Below, in pieces: positions 1 through 8,796 of a stretch of 32,000 bases of DNA (positions within the stretch are counted from its first letter, which is position 1; the number at the start of each line of letters is the position of its first letter). Both the position numbers and the translations under genes were made by a program. Below the pieces are notes generated by a model that saw only the letters and a list, made by a program, of their open reading frames with translations, searched no databases and had not been told where the DNA came from. Source of the DNA: Fastidiosibacter lacustris (lineage in GTDB: Bacteria; Pseudomonadota; Gammaproteobacteria; Francisellales; Francisellaceae); NCBI RefSeq assembly GCF_003428155.1, contig NZ_QLIR01000001.1:210001-242000 (forward strand). Reading direction: 5' to 3'.

Positions 1-596
1 AAAAGCAAGCAAATCAGCCACCACAAATCATTATTACTATGCCATTGTTAGAAGGTTTAGATGGTGTTAAAAAAATGTCTAAATCTGCTAACAATTACAT
101 TGGTATTGAAGAGTCTGCACAAGAGATGTGTGGTAAAATCATGTCAATTTCAGATGAGCTGATGTGGCGTTATTACGAGCTTTTAAGTTTTAAACCAATG
201 GCAGAAATAAACGCACTAAAACAAGCTGTTCAAAATGGTCAAAACCCACGTGATGTTAAAATTGAGCTCGCAAAAGAAATTATTGCACGTTTCCGTAGTG
301 AAGAAGAAGCCAATAGAGCGCATCAGGACTTTATTGACCGCTTCCAAAAAAATCAAATTCCAGATAATATTCCTGAAGAAACCATTACTATCGCTCAAGA
401 CAGAATACCAATTGCCAACCTTCTGAAACTTGTAGGTCTTGTATCTAGTACATCGGAAGCCATTCGCATGATCAAGCAAGGTGCTGTCAAAATAAATGGT
501 GATAGAATTGATGATACTCAGTTGGTATTAAAGCAACAAACCTCAGATATTTATCAAGTTGGGAAAAGAAAGTTTGCTAAGATTAACTTGATATAA
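1..596 (+). CDS. tyrS: Tyrosine--tRNA ligase, C-terminal part (5' end lies outside the window)
   Basis: The frame is open from the window edge, in phase with nt 3 ([28 protein letters not shown]...). It carries the class-I KMSKS loop followed by a C-terminal S4-like RNA-binding module ([17 protein letters not shown]). The ATG at 39 is therefore internal, not the start. Confidence 0.9.
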   Translation, partial: KQANQPPQIIITMPLLEGLDGVKKMSKSANNYIGIEESAQEMCGKIMSISDELMWRYYELLSFKPMAEINALKQAVQNGQNPRDVKIELAKEIIARFRSEEEANRAHQDFIDRFQKNQIPDNIPEETITIAQDRIPIANLLKLVGLVSSTSEAIRMIKQGAVKINGDRIDDTQLVLKQQTSDIYQVGKRKFAKINLI

Positions 597-615
597 AAGG
601 GGTATAGGAGAAAAT

Positions 616-813
616 ATGGAAAAGTTTATTCAGGAAGTGCTAGTTGTTTTTATTGCAATAACGGCAATCGTTGTGTTATTTCACGTTTTTATTTTTTTAT
701 TTTGGATATTGCTTTTTGCGATAGCTATTACGATTGTTTATCGCATTATTAAATTTATTGTTAATCTGTTCCTACCTAAAAAGAATAATGTGATTGAGCA
801 CGAAGATTTGTAG
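616..813 (+). CDS. Small hypothetical membrane protein (65 aa, two predicted TM helices)
   Basis: A good Shine-Dalgarno (TAGGAGA) sits about 5 nt upstream of the ATG, 19 nt after the tyrS stop. The protein is almost entirely hydrophobic (VLVVFIAITAIVVLFHVFIFLFWILLFAIAITIV) with a charged C-terminal tail. I recognise no family. Confidence 0.5.
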   Translation: MEKFIQEVLVVFIAITAIVVLFHVFIFLFWILLFAIAITIVYRIIKFIVNLFLPKKNNVIEHEDL

Positions 814-828
814 GTATTACAGACGAAT

Positions 829-1464
829 ATGTGCTTTAAAATGATGGCTTCTTTGAAACACCTAATTGGGGCATTTTCATTGGTGATGTTTATGAGCAGT
901 TGTTCAGAGCAGCGGCAACCTCAAATTAGTAAAAAAGATTTGCAAAGTGGTGAATATGCTCACGAGCTGCGTGCGCATTTGGATGTAAGAGTTGAACAGT
1001 TACAACTTTTATTTAGTAGTAAGAGAATTCTTCAAACTTTAGAATATGCAAATCAGCATTTATCAGAAGAGGGGTTCTTATCCCCAGTGCATTATCAAGC
1101 CTTAGATCAAGATATGCAAAAGTCTCGTGATACCTATAATGTTCAATTGCTTCTTTACAATGCTTGTGCGATTAAAATAAAGCAGTTTCAGGCAGAGCAT
1201 CCAGCCTTTGCTGAAATTTTTATAACGAATTTAGTTGGGATGAACGTTTGTCAAACAAACATGACCACAGATTTTTATCAGGCAGATGAAGATTGGTGGA
1301 AAAATAGCTATAACAATGGCAAAGGCAAGTTGTTATACGGTGAAATTGAATATGATACTAGTGCTGCTGAAATTGTAGTGCCTATTTACATGCCAATTTA
1401 TGATTCTCATATACTTATTGGTATTGCTAAAGTGTTGGTATCGGTGAATAGTATTTATAACTAA
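829..1464 (+). CDS. Putative lipoprotein with a PDC/Cache-like periplasmic sensor fold
   Basis: The N-terminus looks like a signal peptide with a lipobox-like ...VMFMSSC. A long helical segment follows, then the pattern typical of PDC/Cache ligand-binding domains (FITNLVGMNVCQTNMTTDFYQADEDWWKNSYNNGKG...YGEIEYDTSAAEIVVPIYMPIYD..ILIGIAKVLV). The start is uncertain: ATG at 829, 841 or 844, with no clear SD. Confidence 0.6.
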   Translation: MCFKMMASLKHLIGAFSLVMFMSSCSEQRQPQISKKDLQSGEYAHELRAHLDVRVEQLQLLFSSKRILQTLEYANQHLSEEGFLSPVHYQALDQDMQKSRDTYNVQLLLYNACAIKIKQFQAEHPAFAEIFITNLVGMNVCQTNMTTDFYQADEDWWKNSYNNGKGKLLYGEIEYDTSAAEIVVPIYMPIYDSHILIGIAKVLVSVNSIYN

Positions 1465-1588
1465 TATCAATATTGTTGCATCTTCATATTGATACAAAGT
1501 TGCAAATTTTCTTTGTCACACCGTAAAAGGAATGTTATGTTAGACGCACAGTTTTTGCTGTTTTTTTTTGAAGGATTAATATTCTTTT

Positions 1589-2770
1589 ATGCAATTAGCA
1601 ACACGATATGGTCAGTTTGGTGGCTGTTATGCTCCTGAAAGCTTAATTCCGACGTTAACTGAGATTGAACAAGGTTTTATCGAAATTCAAAAGGATCAAA
1701 CTTTTCAAGATGAGCTTCAACGTATGTTACGTGATTATGCTGGACGTGAAACGCCCATTACTTTTATGCGTAATCTTTCTTCTGAATATAATATTCATCT
1801 GTATTTAAAGCGCGAGGATTTATTGCATGGTGGCGCCCATAAAACCAATAATACAATTGGTCAGATGCTGTTAGCAAAATATTTAGGCAAAAAACGGGTC
1901 ATTGCCGAGACTGGAGCTGGGCAACATGGTGTAGCAACAGCTATGACAGGAGCGATGCTAGGTCTTGATGTTGAAATCTATATGGGTGCGGTTGATATTG
2001 CAAGGCAAAAGCCCAATGTTGAGCGAATGAGGCTTTTTGGAGCAAAAGTGCATAGTGTGTCTTCGGGTAGTGCTACATTGAAAGATGCTATTAATGATGC
2101 TATGCGTGATTGGATCAGTCATGCAGAGGATACCTATTATTGCTTTGGTACAGCTGCTGGTCCTCATCCTTTTCCAAGTTTGGTGCGTTATTTTCAACAA
2201 GTCATAGGACACGAAGCAAGAAATCAAATGCTTCTTAAAACAGATAAACTCCCAGATGCCGTGATTGCTTGTATAGGTGGAGGTAGTAATGCTATTGGTA
2301 TATTTAGTGGTTTTCTGGCAGATGAAAGAGTTATGCTTTATGGTGCTGAACCTGCAGGCAAGGGCATTGAAACAGGTGAGCATGCAGCAACAATGAATAA
2401 AGGAAAAGTTGGTGTTTTTCATGGTATGCACTCATTGTTTTTACAAGATGAAGATGGTCAGATTAAAGAACCATACTCCATCTCAGCGGGGTTAGACTAT
2501 CCTGGCATAGGACCTGAGCATGTTTATTTACAACAAATTAAGCGTGCTCAATATATGGTTATTAGTGATAGCGAGGCTATTAATGCGTTTGAAGAGCTAT
2601 CTAAAAAAGAGGGCATTATTCCAGCTTTTGAATCGTCACATGCTTTGGCTTTAGCGCTGAAATTAGCTAAAAATGAACTCAAAACCAAAACCATATTAGT
2701 CAATTTATCAGGTCGTGGGGACAAAGACTTAGCAAGCTATTTTTTGTATAAAGGTACTATTAATGAATAG
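1589..2770 (+). CDS. trpB: Tryptophan synthase beta chain
   Basis: 393 aa with full-length similarity to TrpB. It has the N-terminal YGQFGG motif, the PLP-lysine region HGGAHKTNN, and GGGSNAIG. The stop overlaps the trpA start. Confidence 0.97.
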   Translation: MQLATRYGQFGGCYAPESLIPTLTEIEQGFIEIQKDQTFQDELQRMLRDYAGRETPITFMRNLSSEYNIHLYLKREDLLHGGAHKTNNTIGQMLLAKYLGKKRVIAETGAGQHGVATAMTGAMLGLDVEIYMGAVDIARQKPNVERMRLFGAKVHSVSSGSATLKDAINDAMRDWISHAEDTYYCFGTAAGPHPFPSLVRYFQQVIGHEARNQMLLKTDKLPDAVIACIGGGSNAIGIFSGFLADERVMLYGAEPAGKGIETGEHAATMNKGKVGVFHGMHSLFLQDEDGQIKEPYSISAGLDYPGIGPEHVYLQQIKRAQYMVISDSEAINAFEELSKKEGIIPAFESSHALALALKLAKNELKTKTILVNLSGRGDKDLASYFLYKGTINE

Positions 2771-3566
2771 ATTTAATATGCTTTTTCAGGATAAAAATAA
2801 GAAAGTATTTATGCCATTTTTCACTTTGGGGGATCCTGATTTCGACAGAAGTTTAACAATTATTGACGCTGTCATTAGTACCGGAATTGAGGCAATTGAG
2901 CTTGGGTTTCCATTTTCTGATCCAATTGCTGACGGTCCTATGAACCAAAGATCAATGGAACGCGCACTAAAATCAGGCATGAAATTTGACCGTTGTATTG
3001 AACTTTTAAGCGTTATCCGAATACGCTACCCACAACTGGCTATTGGACTTTTGATTTATTACAACTTATTGTTTAGTCACGGTGAAATAGCATATCAAAA
3101 ACTCTCTCAGGTTGGTGTAGACGCCGTGGTGTGTGCAGATTTACCACTAGAAGAAGCTAAAGAACACATGGATTTGCTTAAAAAATATAATATTGGCGTA
3201 GTGCAAATGATTGCACCTAATTCAAATGATATACGTGTTAGAGTGTTAGCTGATCATAGTAGTGCATTTAATTATGTATTAAGTGGTTTTGGAACGACTG
3301 GTGTCAAAGCAGAAATAGCGCCTCAAACGCTCGTGCGAATCAAACAAGTACGAAGCTTAATTGATAAGCCAATGGTGGTGGGGTTTGGTATTTCAAAACC
3401 CGCTCATGTCCATGCCGTATGGCAAGCAGGAGGTAATGCGGCTATCGTCGGCAGTTATTTTACTTCTCTTATTGAGCAAAACTTAGGTAATATAACGAAC
3501 GCAATAAATAAAATGAAACAATTTATACAAGACGTTCACAACTATGCATTATTCTGTTCTACTTAA
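2763..3566 (+). CDS. trpA: Tryptophan synthase alpha chain
   Basis: 267 aa with TrpA-like sequence (FMPFFTLGDPD, ELGFPFSDPIADGP, GFGIS). The start overlaps the trpB stop by 8 nt (ATGAATAG), the classic trpB-trpA translational coupling. Confidence 0.95.
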   Translation: MNRFNMLFQDKNKKVFMPFFTLGDPDFDRSLTIIDAVISTGIEAIELGFPFSDPIADGPMNQRSMERALKSGMKFDRCIELLSVIRIRYPQLAIGLLIYYNLLFSHGEIAYQKLSQVGVDAVVCADLPLEEAKEHMDLLKKYNIGVVQMIAPNSNDIRVRVLADHSSAFNYVLSGFGTTGVKAEIAPQTLVRIKQVRSLIDKPMVVGFGISKPAHVHAVWQAGGNAAIVGSYFTSLIEQNLGNITNAINKMKQFIQDVHNYALFCST

Positions 3567-4479
3567 TGAGTCACTTGATGCTTTAGATATTCAACAAGAT
3601 GGTATCTATATTGATGCTACCTTTGGTCGTGGTGGTCATTCACAAGCAATTCTAGAAAAACTCAATACAGGTCAATTGTTTGCTTTTGATCGTGATTTAG
3701 AAGCTATTGAATATGGTAAGGATAACTTTTCTGATTACATTCAGAATCGTAAATTAATACTCATCCACGCGCCATTTTCAACGATGAAAACAGTAATCGA
3801 TGCACACGGATTAACAGGGAAAATAAATGGAATTTTGCTTGATTTAGGGGTGTCATCACCGCAGTTAGATCAAGCTGAGCGTGGGTTTAGTTTTATGAAA
3901 GATGGTCCACTTGATATGCGCATGGATCAAACAAATGGTGTGTCGGCTTTTGACGTGCTTAATAGTCACAGCGTTGAGGAGCTTAGTCTTATTTTCCGTG
4001 AGTTTGGTGAAGAGCGTCACGCTTTCCGTATAGCACAAGCAATTAAAACAGCACTTCAATCAGGTGGAGATTTAACACGTACACTTAAGCTTGCAAGCCT
4101 TATTGAAAAAACGATTGGTAAGAGAGAAAAAAAACATCCAGCTACTCGCTGTTTTCAAGCGTTAAGAATCTATGTCAATCAGGAGTTGAATGAGATTAGT
4201 AAAACCTTGATAGATGCGTTTGAGTTGTTAAAGTCAACAGGACGTTTAACCGTGATTAGTTTTCATTCGTTAGAGGATAGAATTGTGAAACACTTTATGA
4301 CCAATTTGATTAAACATGAAAATAAAAACCTTCCGCGAGGTTTTCCTGTGTTTGATAACTTTATTCCGCAAGCCAAGTGGATTATAAAACAAGGTAAATC
4401 AAATGAAGATGAGCTAAGTAAAAATGTGCGCTCAAGAAGTGCAATCTTAAGAGTGATAGAAAAAATAAAAAAGGTTTGA
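3544..4479 (+). CDS. rsmH: 16S rRNA (cytosine1402-N4)-methyltransferase
   Basis: 311 aa. The N-terminus MHYSVLLNESLDAL..DGIYIDATFGRGGHS matches the RsmH/MraW signature (TVLL.E......DG.Y.D.TFG.GGHS). It also has DLGVSSPQLD and ISFHSLEDR motifs. The start lies 23 nt inside the trpA 3' end. Confidence 0.95.
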   Translation: MHYSVLLNESLDALDIQQDGIYIDATFGRGGHSQAILEKLNTGQLFAFDRDLEAIEYGKDNFSDYIQNRKLILIHAPFSTMKTVIDAHGLTGKINGILLDLGVSSPQLDQAERGFSFMKDGPLDMRMDQTNGVSAFDVLNSHSVEELSLIFREFGEERHAFRIAQAIKTALQSGGDLTRTLKLASLIEKTIGKREKKHPATRCFQALRIYVNQELNEISKTLIDAFELLKSTGRLTVISFHSLEDRIVKHFMTNLIKHENKNLPRGFPVFDNFIPQAKWIIKQGKSNEDELSKNVRSRSAILRVIEKIKKV

Positions 4480-4480
4480 T

Positions 4481-4807
4481 ATGACAAGAGCAGAAGTACG
4501 TGCTAAGCTTTTTCAATCTTTTATTAAGAGCACGTTTAACTTTAAAGTTGTGCTGGCATTTGTATTATGCGTGTTGCTTGTTTTATCTGCTTTTATGGTT
4601 GTAATTGTGAAATATCAATATAAAACTGCTTTGGATGAAGAGCAAAGACTGTTTTCTCAACGAGAAAACTTGCGTGATCAATGGACACAAATTCTGATTG
4701 AGCATAGTACACTTGCCTCACCTTCGCATGTGGAAGAAGTAGCAAAAGAAAATAATATGCACTTACCAACAGTTAAGGAAACAAGGGTGATACAGGTTAA
4801 TGGCTAA
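4481..4807 (+). CDS. ftsL: Cell division protein FtsL
   Basis: 108 aa bitopic protein with one TM helix (VVLAFVLCVLLVLSAFMVVIV) followed by a coiled-coil. It sits in the conserved position between rsmH and ftsI and starts 1 nt after the rsmH stop. Confidence 0.8.
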   Translation: MTRAEVRAKLFQSFIKSTFNFKVVLAFVLCVLLVLSAFMVVIVKYQYKTALDEEQRLFSQRENLRDQWTQILIEHSTLASPSHVEEVAKENNMHLPTVKETRVIQVNG

Positions 4808-6488
4808 GTTAACTATAAGTAAAAGTTGGCGTTATTATTTTATTACATTTGTCATTGTTGCAGTGATTAGTCTTTTAATTTACAAACTAATTCACATGCA
4901 GACAGTCGAATATGATAAGCTTAAAAAAGAAGGTGATAATCGTTCTGAACGCACAGTCGTTAGTAAAGCCTATCGTGGTATGATCAGCGATAGAAACGGA
5001 AAACCTTTAGCAATTAGTACACCTGTTGATTCTATTTGGGTAGATCCTTTTTTTGTTAAGGCTGACGATCCCAAGTTTTTAAAAATCCTTGACTTACTAG
5101 ACTTATCTCAGGATAAGAGAACATCTATTACTGAACGTGTTAAAGCACGAGAGGGTAAAAGTGGTTTTATTTACCTAAAGCGTCAAATTTCACCTTATTT
5201 AGCTCAACAAGTTAAAATGATGGATGTTAAAGGGGTCAAGGTTGAACGTGAGTTCAAGCGTTTTTATCCAGATGCAGAGGTTATGGCTCATGTTGTTGGG
5301 TTCACTAACATTGATGACAAGGGACAAGAAGGGATTGAACTACAATATGACAGCTATTTAACCGGAAAAGATGGGAAGTACTCGATTCATCGAGATTTAA
5401 AAGGTGGGGTTGCCCGCAAAAACGATGATGATATTGCTATTGAACATGGCAATGACATTACTTTAAGTATTGATTGCAAGATTCAATATATAACCTATAA
5501 GTATTTAAAAGAAGGGGTGATAAATAATAATGCTGTTGCTGGTTCAGCGGTAATTATTGATGTTAAGACAGGTGAGGTTTTGGCTATGGTCAATTACCCT
5601 TCTTATAATCCTAATAACATGTATGATGCAACGCCTGAAAAGCGTAGAAACAGAGTGTTAACGGACGTTTATGAACCAGGGTCGGTAATAAAACCATTTA
5701 CAGCAATTGCAGGCATGGAGTCAGGAAAATATGACGTCAATACCATCGTTGATACTTCTCCTGGTTACTATAAACTCAATGGTAGTCCAGTAAGAGATTT
5801 TCGTAACTATGGAGAAATGGATTTGCGTCATATTTTAATGAAATCTTCTAATGTCGGTATTTCTAGGATTGTGCTATCAATTGATGCCAATGCTTTAGCG
5901 GATACCTTACGTAAGTTTGGTTTTGGGCAAATGACCAAAATTGGTTTTCCTGGAGAACGTAGTGGTTATGTACCTAGTCCACGTAAATGGGGAGATTTCC
6001 CTTTAGCAACCTTGTCATTTGGTTATGGAATGAATGCAACAGCATTACAAATTGCTCATGCGTATAGTGCAATTGCTAATGGTGGCAAACTTATTTCCCC
6101 CACTTTATTAAAACGCAATGAGAATGAAGACGCTTCAGGTTTTCAAGTAATTAACAGCGAAATTGCCAAGAAAATGGTTGATATGTTGACCTCTGTTGTC
6201 GAAGGTGTCGGTGGTACGTCATCAAAAGCAAGAATCTCACAGTATCATGTTGCAGGTAAAACTGGTACTGTGCGTAAGGCAATAGCAGGTGGTTATGCTT
6301 TAGATAGTTATACAGTTACTTTCGTTGGCATTACACCATCATCCAACCCTAGGATCGTTATAGTTGTTGTTGTCGATGATCCAAAAGGGGAAGCTTATGG
6401 CGGTGGTTCAGCGGCGGCACCTATATTTGCACAAATTGCAGAACATGTGTTAATCGTGATGGGGGTTCCAGCGGATAAAGAAAAATAA
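4800..6488 (+). CDS. ftsI: Peptidoglycan D,D-transpeptidase FtsI (PBP3)
   Basis: 562 aa with an N-terminal TM anchor and a PBP dimerisation domain. The class-B transpeptidase motifs are present: SxxK (GSVIKPF), SxN (KSSNVG) and KTG (GKTGT). The start overlaps the ftsL stop by 8 nt (ATGGCTAA). Confidence 0.95.
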   Translation: MAKLTISKSWRYYFITFVIVAVISLLIYKLIHMQTVEYDKLKKEGDNRSERTVVSKAYRGMISDRNGKPLAISTPVDSIWVDPFFVKADDPKFLKILDLLDLSQDKRTSITERVKAREGKSGFIYLKRQISPYLAQQVKMMDVKGVKVEREFKRFYPDAEVMAHVVGFTNIDDKGQEGIELQYDSYLTGKDGKYSIHRDLKGGVARKNDDDIAIEHGNDITLSIDCKIQYITYKYLKEGVINNNAVAGSAVIIDVKTGEVLAMVNYPSYNPNNMYDATPEKRRNRVLTDVYEPGSVIKPFTAIAGMESGKYDVNTIVDTSPGYYKLNGSPVRDFRNYGEMDLRHILMKSSNVGISRIVLSIDANALADTLRKFGFGQMTKIGFPGERSGYVPSPRKWGDFPLATLSFGYGMNATALQIAHAYSAIANGGKLISPTLLKRNENEDASGFQVINSEIAKKMVDMLTSVVEGVGGTSSKARISQYHVAGKTGTVRKAIAGGYALDSYTVTFVGITPSSNPRIVIVVVVDDPKGEAYGGGSAAAPIFAQIAEHVLIVMGVPADKEK

Positions 6489-6512
6489 TAATGAATAGCA
6501 TCAATCTAAGAA

Positions 6513-6541
6513 TCATTCAAAAGATTACTTTTTTTGAATGA
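6513..6541. terminator. Hairpin between convergent ftsI and hslR (candidate bidirectional terminator)
   Basis: Perfect 10-bp inverted repeat TCATTCAAAA (6513-6522) / TTTTGAATGA (6532-6541) with a 9-nt loop, in the 60-nt gap between two convergent stop codons. The stem is AT-rich and there is no clean U-tract, so it is only a moderate call. Confidence 0.45.
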
Positions 6542-6548
6542 CTTTCAC

Positions 6549-6932
6549 TTACTCCATTTTATGTTTGAATGAGATGATTTTTCTTCGTTCTTTTTTTGTT
6601 GGTTTTGTTGGATTAGGAATGCTAGCTTGATTGAGTTTACGCAATTCTTCTTCATAGCTACGCTTATTCATACTTTCTTGTGTTTCGATATAAAGCTTTT
6701 GAGCAATGCTAGCTGATTCACGTATGTTGGATAAAGCTTCTACAATAACTGTTTTGTTATAAAAACCTTGACGAATATCTAATGTGGCTCCAATTTCAAC
6801 TTTTTTACTGACTTTGCTGCGAGCACCATTGTAATGTACCTTACCACCGTCAATTGCTTCTTTTGCTAGTTGCCTTGTTTTAAAAAAGCGTGCTGCCCAT
6901 AACCATTTATCTAATCGTACGTCATTACTCAT
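6549..6932 (-). CDS. hslR: Ribosome-associated heat shock protein Hsp15 (S4-domain RNA-binding)
   Basis: Close match by eye to E. coli HslR (VRLDKWLWAARFFKTRQLAKEAIDGGKVHYNG.RSK.SK.VE..ATL..RQG, and C-terminal KKERR....FKH). The ATG at 6932 gives MSNDVRLDKW. The ORF track extends to a TTG at 6950, which is less likely. Confidence 0.9.
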   Translation of the reverse strand: MSNDVRLDKWLWAARFFKTRQLAKEAIDGGKVHYNGARSKVSKKVEIGATLDIRQGFYNKTVIVEALSNIRESASIAQKLYIETQESMNKRSYEEELRKLNQASIPNPTKPTKKERRKIISFKHKME

Positions 6933-7009
6933 TATGCTTACCGAATCCAATATGTCATATTTTTATACTTATTGAGTTTGTTTTGGAATGCTATACTGAT
7001 CAACGGTCT

Positions 7010-7033
7010 GATATTTTATGATCATAAAATATC
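7010..7033. repeat. Perfect 24-bp palindrome GATATTTTATGATCATAAAATATC
   Basis: Verified base by base as self-complementary, with a central GATC. It ends 2 nt from the gor stop codon (7036-7038) and lies about 80-100 nt upstream of the hslR start. Confidence 0.8.
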
Positions 7034-7035
7034 CC

Positions 7036-8397
7036 TTAACGCATGGTAACAAGTTCTTCAGCGCTTGTTGGATGAATAGCGATCGTATTATCTAAGTCTT
7101 TTTTGGTTGCTCCCATTTGAATTGCAACGGCGAAGCCTTGTAATATTTCATCGACGTCTAAACCAATTAAATGACAGCCAATGACACTTTCTTGCTCGCC
7201 AGTGACGATAAGTTTCATGGCAGTTTGCATCCTAAAGCCAGAGATTGCTGAATATAATGGCGTGAATTTACTGGTGTAAATTTTTATATTTTCTTTGCCA
7301 TATTGCTCAATGGCTTCCTTTTCAGTCAGCCCAATCGTGCCAATAGCAGGATGTGAGAAAACAACTGTTGGAATAAGCTTAGTATCTAGTTTCAAATCAT
7401 ATTCATTATTGAATAGCCTTCTAGAGAGCCTTCTGCCTGCGGCAATTGCAACAGGTGTTAATTGTGCTGAACCCGTAGCATCTCCAATAGCAAAAATATG
7501 GTCAACAGTTGTCTTTTGGTACTCATCAACCACAATGGTGCCATCGTTTCTTAATTGTACAGTCGTGTTTTCAAAACCTAGGTTTTTGGTAAATGGTGCG
7601 CGTCCTGTTGCCCAAACCAGGCAATCTACATCGACAAAAATTTGCTTATTATTATTAGTGTAAATATCTAATAACCCATTGTCTTTTTTTATTACTTTAC
7701 TGACATTTGTCATAGTACGTACGTCGAGCTTAAGCATGTGCATGCTTTCAAGCAATTGATCACTTAGCATTTCATCGAAGTCTTTGAGTGGCTTGTCACG
7801 TCGTATTAAAAAATGGGTTTCTGTACCAAGTTCATGAAAAGCCCCTGCAATTTCGACACCAATATAGCCACCACCTACGACAACGGCTTTTTTAGGTTGA
7901 GTATCAAGCTCAAAGAAATCATCTGAGGTAATACCATACTGAGCACCTGAAATATTACTAGGGGTAAGCGGATATGCGCCTGGGCAAACATAGATGTAAT
8001 CCGCACTGATTTCAATATTGCCATCAATGATAATAGTGTGGTCATCTTTGAATTTTCCCCAGCCTTTAAAGTAGGTTATTTTTTGAATATCTAACAGTTT
8101 GTCATAAAATCTATGGATATTGTCGATATAAGTGTGGCGTTTTTGCTTAAGCAATTGCCAGTCAAAACCCTTAACATCTATATTAAAACCATAACCTGGA
8201 TAGTCATGCTTTAAATGTGATGCAAGATTAGAGGCATACCACATTGCTTTTTTGGGTACACAACCCCGGTTTACACAAGTGCCACCGAGTTCTTTGGCTT
8301 CAATAATTGCGACTTTTTTACCTAGACGCGCGGCTTGTACACCTGCGGCAATGCCACCACTGCCACCACCAATACAAATTAAATCGAAGTGTTGCAT
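7036..8397 (-). CDS. gor: Glutathione-disulfide reductase
   Basis: 453 aa. It has the FAD motif GGGSGG, the redox-active disulfide [13 protein letters not shown], an NADPH-type RR..PL..FD segment and the glutathione-reductase C-terminal signature [12 protein letters not shown]. Confidence 0.93.
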   Translation of the reverse strand: MQHFDLICIGGGSGGIAAGVQAARLGKKVAIIEAKELGGTCVNRGCVPKKAMWYASNLASHLKHDYPGYGFNIDVKGFDWQLLKQKRHTYIDNIHRFYDKLLDIQKITYFKGWGKFKDDHTIIIDGNIEISADYIYVCPGAYPLTPSNISGAQYGITSDDFFELDTQPKKAVVVGGGYIGVEIAGAFHELGTETHFLIRRDKPLKDFDEMLSDQLLESMHMLKLDVRTMTNVSKVIKKDNGLLDIYTNNNKQIFVDVDCLVWATGRAPFTKNLGFENTTVQLRNDGTIVVDEYQKTTVDHIFAIGDATGSAQLTPVAIAAGRRLSRRLFNNEYDLKLDTKLIPTVVFSHPAIGTIGLTEKEAIEQYGKENIKIYTSKFTPLYSAISGFRMQTAMKLIVTGEQESVIGCHLIGLDVDEILQGFAVAIQMGATKKDLDNTIAIHPTSAEELVTMR

Positions 8398-8796
8398 AAT
8401 TTAAATAACGTTTGAGTTAATAAAATTAGGCTCAGTATACTGATCAAGTATAAAGTTGTCATTAGTTAACTGAAACCAAGACAAAACCTTTTGTTACAAG
8501 TATTTAAGGTATTTCCAAAGTATGCTTAAATTGTAATAGTAAAGTTCCATTGAAAACAAGAAAATGAGGATAAATAAGCAGGGTTTTACTATAACGAAGA
8601 AATGAAAAATATACGGAGCGTACGTGCATCCATTGATGAACTCATTAAGAAATATTGGCACTTATTGGAATAACTATAGTATTGCAAAAAGGTACGAATA
8701 AATTTTTTGACCTAAATTTTTAACAAGGTACTTAAAACAACGATCAGTTTTAGTGGTTTTTTATATATTGCAGGAAATTTGATAGCGTTACGGTAT

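Noticed and set aside
1537-1638. A 33-codon upstream ORF (MLDAQFLLFFFEGLIFFYAISNTIWSVWWLLCS) with a decent SD (AAGGA, 5-nt spacing). It contains three Trp codons, including a tandem TGG-TGG, and superficially looks like a trp leader peptide.
   Set aside because: The Trp codons lie inside trpB in a shifted frame. They are a by-product of how the conserved TrpB motif G-Q-F-G-G is encoded (GGT CAG TTT GGT GGC). A ribosome stalled there would sit downstream of the trpB start, which is the wrong geometry for classical attenuation, and no alternative terminator/antiterminator pairing is evident. This is most likely coincidence.
1958-2431. Long antisense or out-of-frame ORFs embedded in well-supported genes: 216-479, 235-426, 1958-2431, 2786-2980, 3865-4059, 4263-4487, 7295-7663, 8854-9060, 9132-9320, 9728-10129, 13201-13464, 14411-14614, 14992-15405, 16339-16593, 17530-17883, 17880-18101, 19753-19950, 24054-24281, 28303-28494, 31250-31435.
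   Set aside because: Each lies wholly within a gene whose product has clear full-length family similarity. Their translations are low-complexity or Cys/Ser/Ile/Phe-rich with no recognisable motifs and no SD. These are typical shadow ORFs.
8494-8673. Two mutually antisense short ORFs in the purH-gor gap: 23 aa on the plus strand at 8602-8673, and 55 aa with a GTG start on the minus strand at 8494-8661.
   Set aside because: Neither has a convincing ribosome-binding site. The hydrophobic 55-aa frame is what T-rich DNA yields by chance (Phe/Ile/Leu/Tyr codons). They are kept only as a note under the gap finding and are not called as genes.
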